The translations under genes and the position numbers were made by a program. Below are positions 1 through 14,182 of a stretch of 64,000 bases of DNA, one piece after another. Location: contig CM106585.1 of assembly GCA_048013815.1 (NCBI GenBank), forward strand, positions 7,068,001-7,132,000, in the 5' to 3' direction. Under the pieces are notes generated by a model, which worked only from the letters and a program-made list of their open reading frames with translations, searched no databases and was not told the DNA's origin. Origin of the DNA: Setoptus koraiensis. Lineage: Eukaryota > Animalia > Arthropoda. The first letter of the stretch is position 1; each line of letters opens with the position of its first letter.

Positions 1-266
1 GTGGATATCGCGCAAACTCAGCCGCAACCGCAGGTGAATTCGCTCTGGCGCCCTCTGGCCAGTCTTATCTGGAGGGGCGCTACGTGTGGCGGCTCCGAAA
101 TGGATTACTTTTGCGGTGCGCGTTGCGGTCGTGCCCAGGCCCACATTATGTGGGCCGCACAGTGATATGTGGCGAGCGATTGTGATTAGCCGTGAGCGAT
201 GTTATTAGTGTTGTTTCGCTGCTTGCAATTGATACTCGAGCCGCCGGCCCGTCGGATGTGCGCCGT

Positions 267-357
267 TATGTGCCGTCATCGGGCATTATGTGCCGCCATT
301 GGGCGCTATGTGCCGCCATTGGGCGCAATGTGCCCCGTTATTGGGCGTTATGTGCGC
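267..357 (+). repeat. Minisatellite, 20-bp unit TATGTGCCGCCATTGGGCGC, ~4.5 degenerate copies
   Basis: Units start at 267, 287, 307, 327 and 349. Confidence 0.85.
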
Positions 358-1871
358 GGCCAGCTGCCGCTGCCCGCGATCTATCCGCTGTCCGCCGTTC
401 GCCAGTCGCGGGCCGGGCCGGGCCCAGATAAAAATAAACGATAAGTCGGGATGAGCAAAATTGCAAATTGCCACGTTCGCCGGCTCACGGCGCCAACAGT
501 AACGACTGCACACAAACAACCGCACAACCAATATCGGGGCCCCATTTGCCAAGCCGGCTTTGCCTTATCATGTCGAACGAAATGTGACACGAGCTGGCTC
601 GGCGGCGGCGCCCCTTGGGCCCATTACTGGTGACAGCTATTTTTTAGCGACTCGCCCTGTCGGTTAGTCTCTTACAAAGCCACTTTTTAGGTGGCGGCGC
701 GCAAATTTGGCCCCGCTGATTCGCTGTTGCTCTTACTCTCACAACGCTCATACCCAGGCACATGCCCCGCCGACACATACCCAGGTATATATGCGCGCCA
801 GGTACACATGTACCTCTTGCGCCGGTATATAGCGGCCATACACCGGCGCATATACCCGCGCACATATGTGCGCGGGCCGGCTTGCACGAGCTTGACAAGG
901 CGAGCGGGCCCGCGAGCTTGTTTCAGCACGGCCGAGCAGTTTATTAAGTTGTCGACAATACATACGCGGCGTGCCTCGCCTCTGTCTGCTTGCCCGGCGC
1001 ACCTAATAAAATCACTGCAACCTGGTGCAGATGCGCCAAATAAATCAATCGCCAAATCACTTGCAGCGGGCCGATATGTGCCGCTCGCCAGCACAGTGTG
1101 TGTAGGTGTAGCTGGCGCCGTGCGCGCCACACATCGGCCAGGTGAGCCGGTATTGCTGAGCCGATATGGGTGCCAATATGGCATCAGCGGATCACGCCGT
1201 CGGCGCCAGACTGCGTGCTTGTGTGTGCGTGTTGTGGGGCCGGCAAATGTCGGGTATTGGCGGGAGCAAATAATGCGATAACAACGGCGACAGCATCAGC
1301 CAAATCCGACAACAAAAAGTGCGCACAAAAGTGGGGCCCGCGACGCGCACTTGATACAAGCCTGGCCACTGGCTACTGTCGCCGGCCGATGTATAAATAT
1401 CCGCGCGTGCGACACGCCGCGCAACGGATCCGATTGGCCGGCCCGTCATATCGCACATGTCGCACGCACTCGGCCGCCCGCCGATACACACAGCGATATG
1501 GCCAAGAAGGGCGCCGCTGACATTTGCGGCTCAATAGATTTTTCTTGGCCATTTTTCTTGGAACGCGCCGGACTGATTGTGCTCGTAAGTGCGTTCTCTC
1601 TCTCTCTCTATCTCGGGCCCCTCTCACACACAGGTCCGTCCGTGTGTCGCCATGTGCGTGTCGCCAGGCACAACTGGGCCCCGAACGCAACGAACGCGGC
1701 CGAACACAACGAACACGGCCGAACAAAAAGAAGCCAAATTGCACGTTTTCGGCGGCGGGCCTCTCGCTTGGCGCCTACGTGATCGGCCTCTTGAGAGGGC
1801 AGCCGGCGCCGCGAGTTTGCTCGTGCAGCTTGTGCGCGTGTTTGCGTGATGATAATGTCGCAGCGACAGCC

Positions 1872-4800
1872 ATGGTCAGCACAATGGGGCCCGGCGCCGG
1901 CACCGCCACTGCTGCTGTCAATCCGGTCCAGTCCAGTCCAGTCCGGTGAGTGGTGGCTAAAAAACGGACACAAGATTAGATTTTCTCTCAATTATTTCTC
2001 ATCTCGCGCTACTACTAGCGCCTTGCCAAACACTATGACCAGTGGCCGGCTGACCGGTTTGCACCGGTGCACCGGTGCAAACAGCGCCAGCGACAGTGGC
2101 GGCGCCAGCGGTGAACTCGATTAGTGTTATATCGCTAACGAGATGACAAGAGAGAGAGGCCAACAACAGCAGACAGACCAAACAAAGTTCGCCCGCTCGC
2201 CAGGGGGCTCGCCCTTTCGCCAATGAGCCGTATCTGGGCGCCGCCACTGGTGTGCGCACTGTGCCGCTGTCAAAACGGCCTGCTGCTGAGCCCAAAACAA
2301 AACAAGTCACTGTGAGCCAAACAGTGGGCTCAGTGCGCCAGACAAAACCGGAACAGAGCCCGCACCAGGTAACGGCCGGTCTGGCCGTGTTCGGGCTGGC
2401 GCCGTTTGGGGCTCAAAGTTTGAGCGAGCGCGGCACTTGCGTCACAACAATCGGCTTATCTCGCCGGCCTCGGCCAGTTGGGGCCCGCACAAGCCCCCAC
2501 CTGCCGGCTCGGTGCGTCAAGTGTGAGGCTGGCGCCCGGAGCGACGGGCAGACTGTCAGCTGTGGCCAGACTGTGGCGCCGGCGTGACTGATTGCGAATC
2601 GGCTTGGCCGGGCCGGGCCGGGCCGCGCGCACTTGCCGGCGCCTATCGGCCGGACACAATCTCTCCACTAGCCAGCGACGACAGATTCGCCAGCCAGCTC
2701 GCCAATGGCAACGACTAATGATGAATGTTGCTTGCTCGCCCTATTATGAGGCGCACGCAAGCGGCACGTTAGCGCCCTTGCGGGGCCCGGGGAGTTCTGG
2801 CCCGCACCGCGGGCCCAGACTAGCTTGCCACTGCGAGGCGCCCAATTGTGGCGCCAAGTTTATGCCGGCCCGGCGCCCAAGATTCTCGTCAGACAGCGTC
2901 TTACGGCAGCCGTCTCAGGCAGGGTTTGGCCCCGTTTGTCTATCGCGCGCTAATGCGCTAATGAATAGACTGATAATTGTGCCGGCCGAAGGTCGCCCTC
3001 GCACAGAACTGGTCGCCTAGCGTCGACTTGTGAATCACAAATTGTGATCGAATTGTGCTATGCCGGCCATTCGCATAATGCGACGCAAATCGTGATTGGG
3101 CGCCCGGCCAGCAGCACCGCGGCCGCGAGCCACGAGCAGCCGGGCGGGCAGACGGGCACCGGCCAGATGTTTGCGTCCGCAAGGATTTGGCCCCAATTGG
3201 CGGATGCAGCCGGCGCCGCTTCGGCCGCCCACAACGTTAAATTAAACGCACAAAATCCATTTTCAGTTTGCAGCGACCTTGAGCAAGTGTCCAGATTTAG
3301 CCGGCCCCGGCTCGGGCAGTGAGCGGGCCCAACTGAGGCGCAACTGAGGCCCGGCGCTCGCCTTGGCGAGTGTGCAAGCCGCTCGCAGTGTAGGCGGCCC
3401 CCGGAGATTTGTGAGGGCAAGTTGGCGGGGGCGCGCATTAAACAGGCGCATTAAAGAGACACGCCAGAGAGCAAGTTTGCATTTCACGACAGGTAGACTG
3501 AGGGGCACGAGTAACAGTGTGTGCGTTGTTCATCTCAAGTTGCACTATAGCTAATTACGCAATCTTGCCGGTGGCATAAATAGTTGTTTATTCAGCTATG
3601 GCTGCTCATAGACTATAAGTTATAGCGATGCTTATTGCGCATCTATACACCCCGTGGCAATAGCAACGCCGGCTAACAAGTGCACCGGCACGCGGGCCAC
3701 AGGGCCTCAGTGTTAGGCGAGCTAGCGCGGGTTAGGGCGCCCTTGCAGTTGGAGCCAGTCAGCTTAGGTGGCCGTCGTGTTGTCGGGTGTAAAAGTCGCC
3801 CAGCCCTTCAGTCGAAAAGCGCCCTAATCAAGTCGCCTGGGAGATAGATGCAAGTTTGCCGGGTGTGCACACAGCCAATTTGGCTGCTCGGCTCTGGGCA
3901 GGCCAACGAGGGACCCGCGCTGGGTCCCTGGTTGGACTTGGGCGGCTTACGCTGGCACGCGCGCATAACTTGTGCGCGTGCTGAGCCCGACACAAACACG
4001 CGCAGCGGATATATTTCACGGGCTCGCCATTATCATCGGTGGTGCGGCCCGGCGAGATTAAGCCGGTCCGGTCCGGTCTGGTCCGAGCCGGGCGGACGGG
4101 CCAGCGGAAAGCGGCCAGCCCAGGGCACCATCAACAACATGTACATGTAGGCCGCCGTTTGGCCATAAACGACACAACGGCACCACGACCCGACGTCTGG
4201 CCCAAACACTGACTTGGGGGAGCCCGAGTTGGGAGACACATTTATCTGAGACCCAAGGCTGCAGAAAGTAAGTGTGTGTGTGGGTCACAATTAATTATCA
4301 CGCTCCACTGCGCACACCTTGTGGGCCCGACAGGTGAGCTGCTTGCCTGTCGCCATTAGCGCCTGGCAAGCAACTGTGCAAGCGACCAAACAACTCGAGC
4401 ACTAGACACACCCCCTGGCCCCAGCGGCACAAGCGGTGGCCCACTGTTATGGGAGATGTTGTTGTTGCATCTCATCTCAGCGTCTCGAGTCGCTCGCCTC
4501 CCATCGACTTGAGACGCTCGCTCAAGTGTCTGGCTGCTGGAGTGCTGCGGGTTTGTTTGGGTATGGGCGGCCAAACGTCACACTATTATCACAATTACAA
4601 TTGCAATTACTGCCACCATCCGACAAACACTCACCTGGCCATATATCACACTTGCTATATATGGGCACAGTTATAGTCAAATTAGTGACTCCCCCCCCCC
4701 ACACACACACACAGGTGAGTGGGGCCCCCCTGCACTCACCTGTGCAGGGCTGTGTCGGACTTGTGTGTCGAGCGCAATCGGAGAAATCGGAGAAATCGGA

Positions 4801-6023
4801 GAAATGCTCATTCTCTCCTTGGTCGCGCTCGCTATCCGCGCTCTCAATACCCGATCATTGGGCATGCAAATAGCTGCTTACACTCGAGTGGCCCCTCGCA
4901 CAGAAAAAACCCGGCCGACTGACAACAATGCACACAATGCATATAGGCCGCCGGCCCGACAGCATCCATACTATCGCCGATACTTGCCGGCCCGTCCATT
5001 GGCCGGTCGGCTATTTACGCGCCCCAACACAACGCGTAACTGCCAATAGAGAGCGGACAGGCGGGCCGCATCCATTTAGGCCCGTCTCTGCTTATTACAT
5101 TTACTTTATCGGCTCGTCGCCGCAGCGCCAGCTGCCAAACAAACAACAGAGGCTCCCCCGCTGCCCCGCTGCCCTCCTGTCGTCATTTTGCGCAGTTTGT
5201 TTGGTGCCCACTGGCAATACTGGTGAGCACAAGTTTATACGCATTGCCCGCGTTGAGGGCGAGGGCCGACGGACACGCCCCGCGGCGGATCGCCAGTTGC
5301 ACGGGCGCATGCCCGGTGTGCCGGTGCGCATTGACGGCCTGGGGAGCGGGTGCCAGGGGAGGGGTGTGGAAACACTCTAACACGGCGCGTCCCCTGGCGG
5401 GCCGGGCCGGCGAGCCAGAGGGCGACAGGTGACATGAGTGAGTGAAAGGTATTAGTGTCATCGGTAGTAGTAAGTATTAGTCAATGGTGCGCGCAAGCCA
5501 TAAAGGATAATACGCGCATACTGATATTACGCAATCATATAGCGCTCTCCCTTTCGGGCCGCACTCTCCCCTTGGCTGGGTGTCTCTGGCTGTTGGTCTC
5601 TGCCTGGCTAGATTCAGCAACGGCAACGGCATTTTATCATTACATCTTGATGATGATGAAATTTACTGGAGGCGCCACAGCCGCAGCAGTGGGCGCCACC
5701 ACTGCTAATGTCGTCATTATTTAAACTAGATATAATGTTGCGCCGCTCGCAGGTACCGGCCGGGTTTGCGGGCGCGCCAGTTGGCCAGCGGCGGCCCGGT
5801 ATCGAGCGCGGCCGCTGGGCGCCGCTATTCATTGGATGAATTGAGGCGCGAGCAGCGAGGCACACACTTGAACACTTTGGAGACAGAGATTAAATTTGTT
5901 GGCGCGCAAAAAACTATCAAGCGCCCAGAGATCTGGCGCCACGGCAGCCAGCTACCAATGGGGCCCCTTTCGCCAACAACAACAGCAGCAGCGAGCAGCC
6001 GGCAGCCGAATCTATCTAAATAG
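1872..6023 (+). CDS. Tentative 3-exon gene (1872-1945, 4151-4267, 5753-6023), 153-aa protein of unknown function
   Basis: gccATGg start at 1872. Donors GTGAGT (1946) and GTAAGT (4268); acceptors tag (4150) and cag (5752). All junctions are phase 2, and the 117-nt middle exon has only one open frame. The last exon reads ...GRRYSLDELRREQRGTHLNTLETEIKFVGAQKTIKRPEIW... Acceptor pyrimidine tracts are weak and I recognise no homolog. Confidence 0.22.
4776..4806 (+). repeat. 9-bp tandem repeat (AATCGGAGA)x3
   Basis: Three perfect units read directly. Confidence 0.9.
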
Positions 6024-7460
6024 TATTTTGTTCGTTCAATTTAACACAACAGAATTGAGCCAGCAGCTTAGACATTATTAGAGCGGGTCCCTCGCCAGCC
6101 AGCTAGCTCGCCGGTTGCGTGCCTGGGCAAGCCAGCCGCCGACTATCGGGTGCCGCCAGCAAATGAGCGCCAGTCAGCGAGCCGGCGACTATCATTTATT
6201 ATAGGGCGACTATTCATTATGTCGGCTGGCTCGCCAACTGTGCGCGCGTTGGCAAGTGCCAGCCACACTATTGTTGAGTTTATCCGCCCGCCAGCTACGG
6301 GGCCCCATAGCTGGATGCTGGCTCGCATCCGAGTTCATTTCGTGTTCTCATTGTTGCTCCATTGTTGGCCACTTGCCGCAAATCACCGCGCTTCCTATCG
6401 GTTGGCCGCTCTCTGTCCGTTGGCTGTGCCCATACCGGCCCGGCCCGGCCCGGTATGGGCACGTCGTGGGCATTGTCGACGCTCGACCGGCAACGCCAGC
6501 CATCGGTACCCGCAGGGGCTGGCCCCCTGCTTGTACCCAGATCGCAACGCGAGCTGTCATTTGTCGGGTGCGTGGGCCGCGCGCGGCCCAGCCACGGGGG
6601 CCAAACAAACTGACCAAGTGACGAGCTAACAATGGCAAACATGTTTATAATTGGCGCGTTATTAACTCTCGCTCCGTGGCCGCCGGTCAAGTGCAAACGG
6701 CGCCAGAGGATACGGTCCGGTTTGGCCGGACCGGAGCGTTCGCTGTTCGCCGCTCAGCCATCGAGTGCGGCTCTGATGCGCCGCCGGCCCGGCCACGAGC
6801 TGGCCCCTTTTATTTTTATTTTTATTTTATCATGTTTGTCGCAGCCACAGCTAATTTTTGTTTGCATGTTTGTTTGTTTCTCTGGCTGGCTGCCGGTGTT
6901 TGCACTATCGAGCACCATCGATGACGCGTCGGGCGTCTCCCTCGCACGGCCCGCCGGTGCTCGGTGGCGTCGCGCGGCCCGAAGACGCTCGACGCTCGGG
7001 TCTGTCGAGCGAGGGAGACGCCCGAGCTGCGCGCCACTCGGCGGCGCTACTTGTTCGAGCGGAAACAGTCGCCGGTGGGAGCTTTTCAATTTCACACTGG
7101 CGCTGCTCGGCCGACATTCCGACATGCTGAGCTGGTCCGGGAAATTGCTGTGAATTTCTCAGAGCGACCATGTCGGAGATGAGCGATGTCGGCGAGCAGC
7201 GAGCAGTGGCAATCGCCGAGAGCATGACAAAAATTATCCAGGGTGAAAAATGAAAGGCGAAAGGTGAATTGGAGATGAGCAGACGATGAAAAGTGAAAAC
7301 AAAATTGATTGATGCCCCTAGCCCGAGCGATACCCAGAGCGGGCATTAGTGCGGCGCGGTATCGCGAGCAGTCATACGAGATCATCTTGTATTGACATTG
7401 GCTGGAGAGCAAAAATAAATAAATAATAAAAAGGGGGCTCGCTGGCTGTGCCGAAATGGC

Positions 7461-7562
7461 GCCTTTCGAGCCTTTCGAGCCTTTCGAGCCTTTCGAGCCT
7501 TGCCTGCCTCGCGAGCCTTGCGAGCCTCGCGAGCCTTGCGAGCCTCTCGAGCCGCTTCGAGC
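7461..7562 (+). repeat. 9-bp tandem array CGAGCCTT(T/G)/CGAGCCTCG, ~11 degenerate units
   Basis: Read directly; it produces the FEP/REP and ARL/ERL repeat ORFs in the track. Confidence 0.9.
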
Positions 7563-9707
7563 AGCCAGAAGTAATAATTCCGCTTGCACAATTCGCGCAC
7601 TCACACATATATATTTATATAATGAAACTGGAACAATCGCACTGCGAAATGGAAGACAAACTCGACTCTGTCGGGCTCGATACATGCCACGCTAGCCGAG
7701 TGGCACGAGTCGATACACGTGGATACATGGCGCTGGGGCCCGTTAATGGCCGTATGCCGTTTCGCGGGCGACATTTTCGTCGCAATGTGACAATTGTGGG
7801 CACAATTTTCATTCCTCACTGCCTGTAACTCACAAGTAGTGTCGACACCCAACTAGGCCACACTACTCTAGCGCACGGGCCCCATCATCGGGCGCCAGAT
7901 TAAGTCCGGCCAGACAGGCTACAGTTGCGGTCACCGGGATATCTCGCCAATCTGGCGCACTGTCGCAAGCACCGGCTTGCCAGCCGGAGTGTCGAGCTTG
8001 CGAGCTTATCGGGCCGGGCTCGGCTCAAATGCGCCTATGCGTATAAGGTGCGCTGCCTGCCAGCCACACTCAAACATTGCCGGGCCAGTGTTTTGTTGTG
8101 GGGATCACTGAAATTATTATCTGATTATTGCAGTCGTTTGCCCGCCTCTGGCGGGATGTGTTCTGGGCTGTATCGGCCAGTTTTCGCAGCGCTCTGTTCG
8201 GGCACTGTTATGCCGCTGGTTGGTGTGAATATTTTTGTCCGATCTGGTTCGCTGTGGATATTTTTGTCGAATCCGATTCGCTGGGACTCGACATGGCGCT
8301 CGCTGTCAGCAGCGACCTTTTTGGTTTTTGTCTCGTTGGATGGATCTCGTCGGCCAATCGCACCAACATACGCCACCGTGCCAGTGATACGATGACGATC
8401 GGGGCCCACGTCTTGAGCCCCATCACGTTCGACACTGGCGAGCAGCGCGACGACATTTGACATATGTCGCTAGTTCCGCTAGTCGCGAATTTCGCGCATT
8501 TCAACTGGCGCGCCATGAATCAGGTGAGGCGCCTAATCCTGGTGGCGTCTGGTTGCACCAGCAGCTGGCGTTAGCTGCCTGCCCGCTGCCTGGCCAGGCT
8601 CGAAAGAGCCTTGAGAGGGCGCTGTTTGGCGCCGTTTGGCCCCTTCAGCCCCTTTGGCTCGTCTTGAGGCCGGCCAGCCGGCGGCAGTCGGCAGTCGGGG
8701 GCCCAATCTCACCTTGGGCTAATCCTTGTCTCGTCCGAGTTTATCCTCCCCTCGTCTCTATTATCCGCTGTCCTATATCTGCTGTTGCCTGTCTTGCGCC
8801 CATTAACTGCACACTTTGGCCTGCCCTTGCGCTTGCAGCAGAGGGGCCAAACAAAGAGGCCAACGAGGCGCCAGGTGAGATTTATTAGAGTGACAGGCGC
8901 TAGTCAATTAAATGGAGCCACATACAGACAAGGCAAACACGCACACGCACACAGCAAGCCAGTGGCACACAAACAATGGCCACCGACGGTGCGGATAAAA
9001 ACAAAATTTGTCTCTTTGTAAAAAGTGAATCACTGCTCTATTATGTCCACTATTAACGTTTTGTCCGCTATTATGTGTTGTTGTTGTTGTCGTTGGCGCT
9101 GGTCGCCGGACAGTAGTGGCACTGGCACCGGCTGATTGGGCCCCGGCCGCGCATTTGCACTTGGTCCGGCATTGTGCGGACATTGTGTGGATATTGCGCG
9201 CATGGGGGTGCATTGGATAAGCGCCCGCTCGGGCCCCAGTTGTTAGCGGGTGGCGGCGGTTCGCAAGCAAATGAGCTCTCGTGGGCCCGTCGGGCCCACT
9301 TTTGTCGAGCCCGACACTTGGGCCAGCACGCAGTCAAGGCCTGGCTGGCGACGGTTGTGCTGGAGTTTGTCCGGCGCTGGAGTTGTGGCGATGCAACGCC
9401 AGATAAACTCGTGATCCGCGCGACTTGTGGGCCGCGCAACTTGCCAGCGACTTGCCAGCAACTTGGACGGGCTGCCAGTTGATGTGTCAAATTGTTTGCA
9501 CTTTTCATTGCATTTTTTTCTCATCCGTGTCGCCGCCAGGGCCCCAAACAGCGTCTGTCGCGTCGCGTACCTACGAGACTTTTGGCTGCATGAGGGCACC
9601 ACTGTCATGCAGCGCCGGCCGCCAGATTGGCGTGCCTCGCCGCAATAAAATCTCTGCCAGTTTGGTGGGCCCATTGGCCCATTTTGTGGCCATTGTGGCG
9701 GCCATTA

Positions 9708-9759
9708 TTGTTGTCGTGGCTGTTGTTGTTGTTGTTGTTGTTGTTGCTGTTGCTGCTGC

Positions 9760-9790
<31 letters not shown>

Positions 9791-9798
9791 GCTGTTGT
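9708..9798 (+). repeat. (GTT/GCT)n microsatellite
   Basis: About 30 triplets read directly. Confidence 0.95.
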
Positions 9799-10000
9799 GC
9801 GTGTGTGATGTAACTGTGGTGGTTGCTGGCAACTGTTGTGCGCGTCAAAGGGCGGGCAAGGCCAGCCAAAAGGCCCGACAAGTGTAACCTGTAAGTGGAC
9901 GTGCTGGCAATTTAGATGCGCGACAATAATCGGCTCCTCCACGAACACAACGCGCTGACAAACTGACCATTACCACCACCGATCGCCCCGAGCTACAGTC

Positions 10001-10028
10001 ACAACAACGGCAACAACAACAGCAACAA

Positions 10029-10123
<95 letters not shown>

Positions 10124-10232
10124 ACAACAACAACAGCAACAACAACAGCAACAGCAACAACAACAACAACAGCAACAACAACAGCAACGGCAACAACAAC
10201 AGCAACAGCAGTGACAACAACAGCGGCACAAC
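10001..10232 (+). repeat. Compound (CAA/CAG)n microsatellite with an (AGCAAC)n hexamer core
   Basis: Read directly; source of the poly-C, poly-L and poly-V/A ORFs. Confidence 0.95.
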
Positions 10233-10789
10233 CATTGAGCCACTCTGCTGACCAGAGTCTGGTCATCGAACACTGGCTCAATAGTGCCGATAAACTGTGC
10301 TGACAATCAGCTGACAGGCGCCCCTCACAATGGGCAAATAAATGATGTGAGACCAGCGGCACTAAATTGAAATAAAATGTAACACAACACAGCACAACAC
10401 AGCCAAAGCAATGAAATTGTTAGATATAATTCTAGATAAGTTGTTTGTGTTGCCGGATAAACTGCTACCACTTCTACTTAGATTAGAGCGAGTATCTGTG
10501 TGTAATCTTCTCTCACTTCACAAACAATAATCATCAATAATACACAAACAGTTTAGCTCAGCTAAACAGACCAAATCTGTCCACTCCACATACATCTCTT
10601 ACATAACTGCACACTTACATAACACGAGCACTTGCTCAGTTATGTAAGCTTGTGTGTAAAGCGCCGTGTTACATCATTTGTGATTAAGATATAATATAGT
10701 TGATCTACTGCAAACTCACTCGATCTGCGAGCAGCAGCTGGATGGCGCCAGTTTTTATACCGCCGTTATATACATGTATCGACACCGCG

Positions 10790-10890
10790 TTTGTTGTCGC
10801 TGTGGTTGCCGTTGTTTTTGTAGTTGCAGTTGTTGCGGCAGTTGTCGTCGCAGTTGTTGCGGCAGTTGTTGTCGCAGTTGCAGTTGCAGT
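10790..10890 (+). repeat. Degenerate GTT/GCA-rich array including a 21-bp duplication
   Basis: gttgttgcggcagttgtcgtcgcagttgttgcggcagttgttgtcgcagttgcagttgcag. Confidence 0.8.
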
Positions 10891-11631
10891 GAGCACATAA
10901 TAGAATACACGAAAACGTCATTATATAAGACAACATCATTAAATCCATTGAATTGTCGGATTATTATTGTCTCCGTTGCTTTCATCATCATCACTATTAT
11001 CGTGCCTTGTTATTGTTATTGCTACACGTGCATTATGTAACAGTTATGTCCAGGATTAGCGCACTGTGCACACTCTCGTCTGTCTGCCGACAGGTTGGGG
11101 CCGGCATGGGGCGAGCCCACTTTGCATCGCAAGCTGGCAAGCTGGCCAGCTGGACTGACAATCATAGTTGTTGAGTTTGTTGTTGTTGGGCGTGTTTGTG
11201 GCGGCCACATAGCGGCCGATGGCACAAACACAAATTGCAATCAAAAACGAATCACCATTTGCTTGTCATTCACGGCCAGCCTTACAAGATAAATGTTAGA
11301 TAAATGAAACAATTCTATCATAATGTGCTCTCAGTGCTCTGTATTACACAGCCGGCCGGAGCTTGGCCCAGCTTGCACCAGGTGGCCAGCATTACTCTTG
11401 CTGCCCGCTTGTTGTCACCCGAAACCGGAAATGCCTGCCAGCCAGCCAGCCAGCCAGCGCGACTCTCCGATGCGTCTTCACCGGTTATCAGTTATCGGTG
11501 ATGTTGCATCGGACCTTGGCCTGGCTTAGGCCACTTGCACTAACAAGGTTCGAATCGAACCGTTCGAGGGCAACTCATCTCAGATGCTCACATGCTCAGA
11601 TGATCTGACAAGCAAGTCAAACATATGATGC

Positions 11632-11716
11632 CAGCTGATCGCATGTCAGCTGATTGCATGTCAGATGGGGGCCGCCTGTCAGATGGGCGCCTGTCAGATG
11701 ATCGCGTGTCAGATGA
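11632..11716 (+). repeat. ~15-bp array carrying TGTCAG(C/A)TG
   Basis: TGTCAG at 11644, 11659, 11677, 11692 and 11707. Confidence 0.8.
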
Positions 11717-12139
11717 TGTGAGTGTCGCGCTGTCAATGGATTGTGCAAAGTTGTTGCTTTGTTTGTTGTCTATGATTGGGCGCACTTGTCAAATGGCGCA
11801 CAATGGTGCGCTAGAAATTGGCAGTGCATCAAATTAAAATTGGCTCACCGGCTAACAAAGGCGAAAGGGTTCGCTCATAACACAGGTGCATACAGGTGAG
11901 CAGGCTGGCCACTGGTCAAGTGTCGCGCTGACCACTAGGCAAACACTGGTCAGTTGTTATGTAAGCCACATGAGAGAGTAGTGAGCCAACACAACAAATG
12001 TCCCAATGTTTGGCCGACAACAAAATGCGCAATTAGATCAATCTGTTGGCCGATTGCGTCGGTAAGCGGGCCCGTATTACATAACAGAGCGTCATTACAC
12101 GACGACGAGCAAAGTGAAGCACAACGCTCAATAAAGCCC

Positions 12140-12257
<118 letters not shown>

Positions 12258-13678
12258 CAAGTGGCTGTTCTCTGGTTAGCCAGCAACAACAATTGATATG
12301 ATGAATTATATCACTCACACACACGCACTGGATTAGTGTGAGCCGGGCTCACGTGCTCCATCCAACTAATACCGGTGCTAATATCCGCTGCCACGAACCA
12401 GACCACCGTGGATATTGGCACAGCTCCGGTCAGCTGAATGGGGCCAGCTGACTGTCCAGTGTGCAGTGACACAATTATCTTTGTGTGTAATACGTATTTG
12501 ATGAATGTGCGACGTTGTCCCACCTTGAGACTCCGATGGGCCGCTGGACGTGCGACTCAAACAATAATAATGAATTAGCGCCGGGCCCCAACTTAAAGTA
12601 ACTCGCGCTCAAACGCTGCACGCTGGCTTGTCGCGTCTAAGCCGCCTCGTTGGCTGTTGTTGGCTGTTGTTGCTTGTTGTTGCCCGACGGATGCGGCCCG
12701 ACATGTTTGGCGGCCCGACATGCACGCCAGTCCGACGGCCATATCTCACAAGATGTGTGAGATATGGGGGCGGCCGGTGCACGAGTGTGAGCACACACCT
12801 CACCGCTAGGTGGTGTTGGGTACAAATTGCAGCTTACTTGTAAGTTGCAATTTGTCAATGCGGATGATAATATTATATCACTGACATCACTGCGCCAGTG
12901 TGTTCGTGACCAAAAAATACTATATCAAATGTAATAATATTAATATTAGATTATTGTGTGCTCATATAATATTACATAATGTGACGATGATGATATAATA
13001 CGACAACAGCGGCGGCCTAATATGATGCGACATGTCGCCAGAGATAGTGTTGCGTAATAGTGTTTGCTCGCCAACCACTTGCGATGATGCACCTGGCGCC
13101 CGGCTGCCAATTGTGAGCTGCATCCCTTTCTATTACATAACAAAAGAACTATTGGAATTTTGCAACTTGCGACTTGACAACACAAACTGTCTTTACAATT
13201 TGTTAATGCTCGGCCAATATCCAGTAGTTAATACTCACATATAGGCAACTGCAATTGCGCCAGCCAGGCCAGCCGGCTGACGAGATGCCCGAGCCAGATA
13301 ATAAATAGTCGGCCCGTAGGCCTTTGTCGCAGCAGTCGGCTATTTTATGGGATATTATTTGTGGGGCCCACCGACTGGCCGGCCCCACATACAATACAAT
13401 ATAATGGCACAGCGGCTTGCCTGGTGCTAGTTCCGGTGACTCGGACGCGGGCTGGCCAATCGCAATCTCGGCCACTTCGGGCCCGCAAATCACAGCCTCT
13501 GACTCAGAGGGCGCTGTTAGTTGGTTAAGCTGGCCGGAGAGATATGATCTAACTGTGTGTGTTATTACGTAACAGTTTGCGTGCAGCGATATTGGCGATG
13601 CGGCCACAAAACGCCGCGCATCGCAAGCAATGGGCAACAGACACAAGGTCAAGTGTGTGAGTCACGACTTGTCCGAAT

Positions 13679-13720
13679 TGGCCTCATCTGGCCTCATCTG
13701 GCCTCATCTGGCCTCATCTG
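13679..13720 (+). repeat. 10-bp tandem repeat (GCCTCATCTG)x4
   Basis: Four perfect units at 13681-13720. Confidence 0.95.
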
Positions 13721-14182
13721 ACGCCAGCCAGCACCAGCCTGCACCAGCCAGCAACTGTCCGGCGAGTGTCCGGCGAGTGTCTCAAGGGCGGCCCACTAGA
13801 GGACGCAGTGGCAGTGGCGCTGGCAGTGGCAGTTTGGATGGCCCCAGGATAACTGGCTGACTCGCTGATAAGGGCGCCACTGACAGTGGGACTGTCGACC
13901 GACAGAGTCACCGAAGTAGCCAGGCAGCCGCGCAAAGTGAAGTGGGCCCCATTTAGCTTTGGGCCAAACAAGCACTTAACGTCGCTGCAACTGTCAATAA
14001 TGCTCGCCTACTCGTGGTTACGTCATGTTGTTGTTGTTGTTGCTGTTGTTGTTGATGCTTCAATAATAGCGTGCCCATAACAGACCTGCACTCTCTGTAC
14101 TCTCACAACCACGGTATAACGGTATACACACACAGTATGACGCAAACATGCCCTTTAGTTGCGTCATAGTGCAACAAGACGG

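Noticed and set aside
7925-8516. Four overlapping 100-150 aa ORFs on both strands
   Set aside because: Each looks superficially protein-like, but none has a recognisable motif or a convincing acceptor-donor pair, so no frame can be chosen.
11547-11561. tRNA T-loop-like GGTTCGAATC
   Set aside because: No acceptor stem, D-arm or anticodon arm can be built; it is simply part of a 7-bp-arm palindrome.
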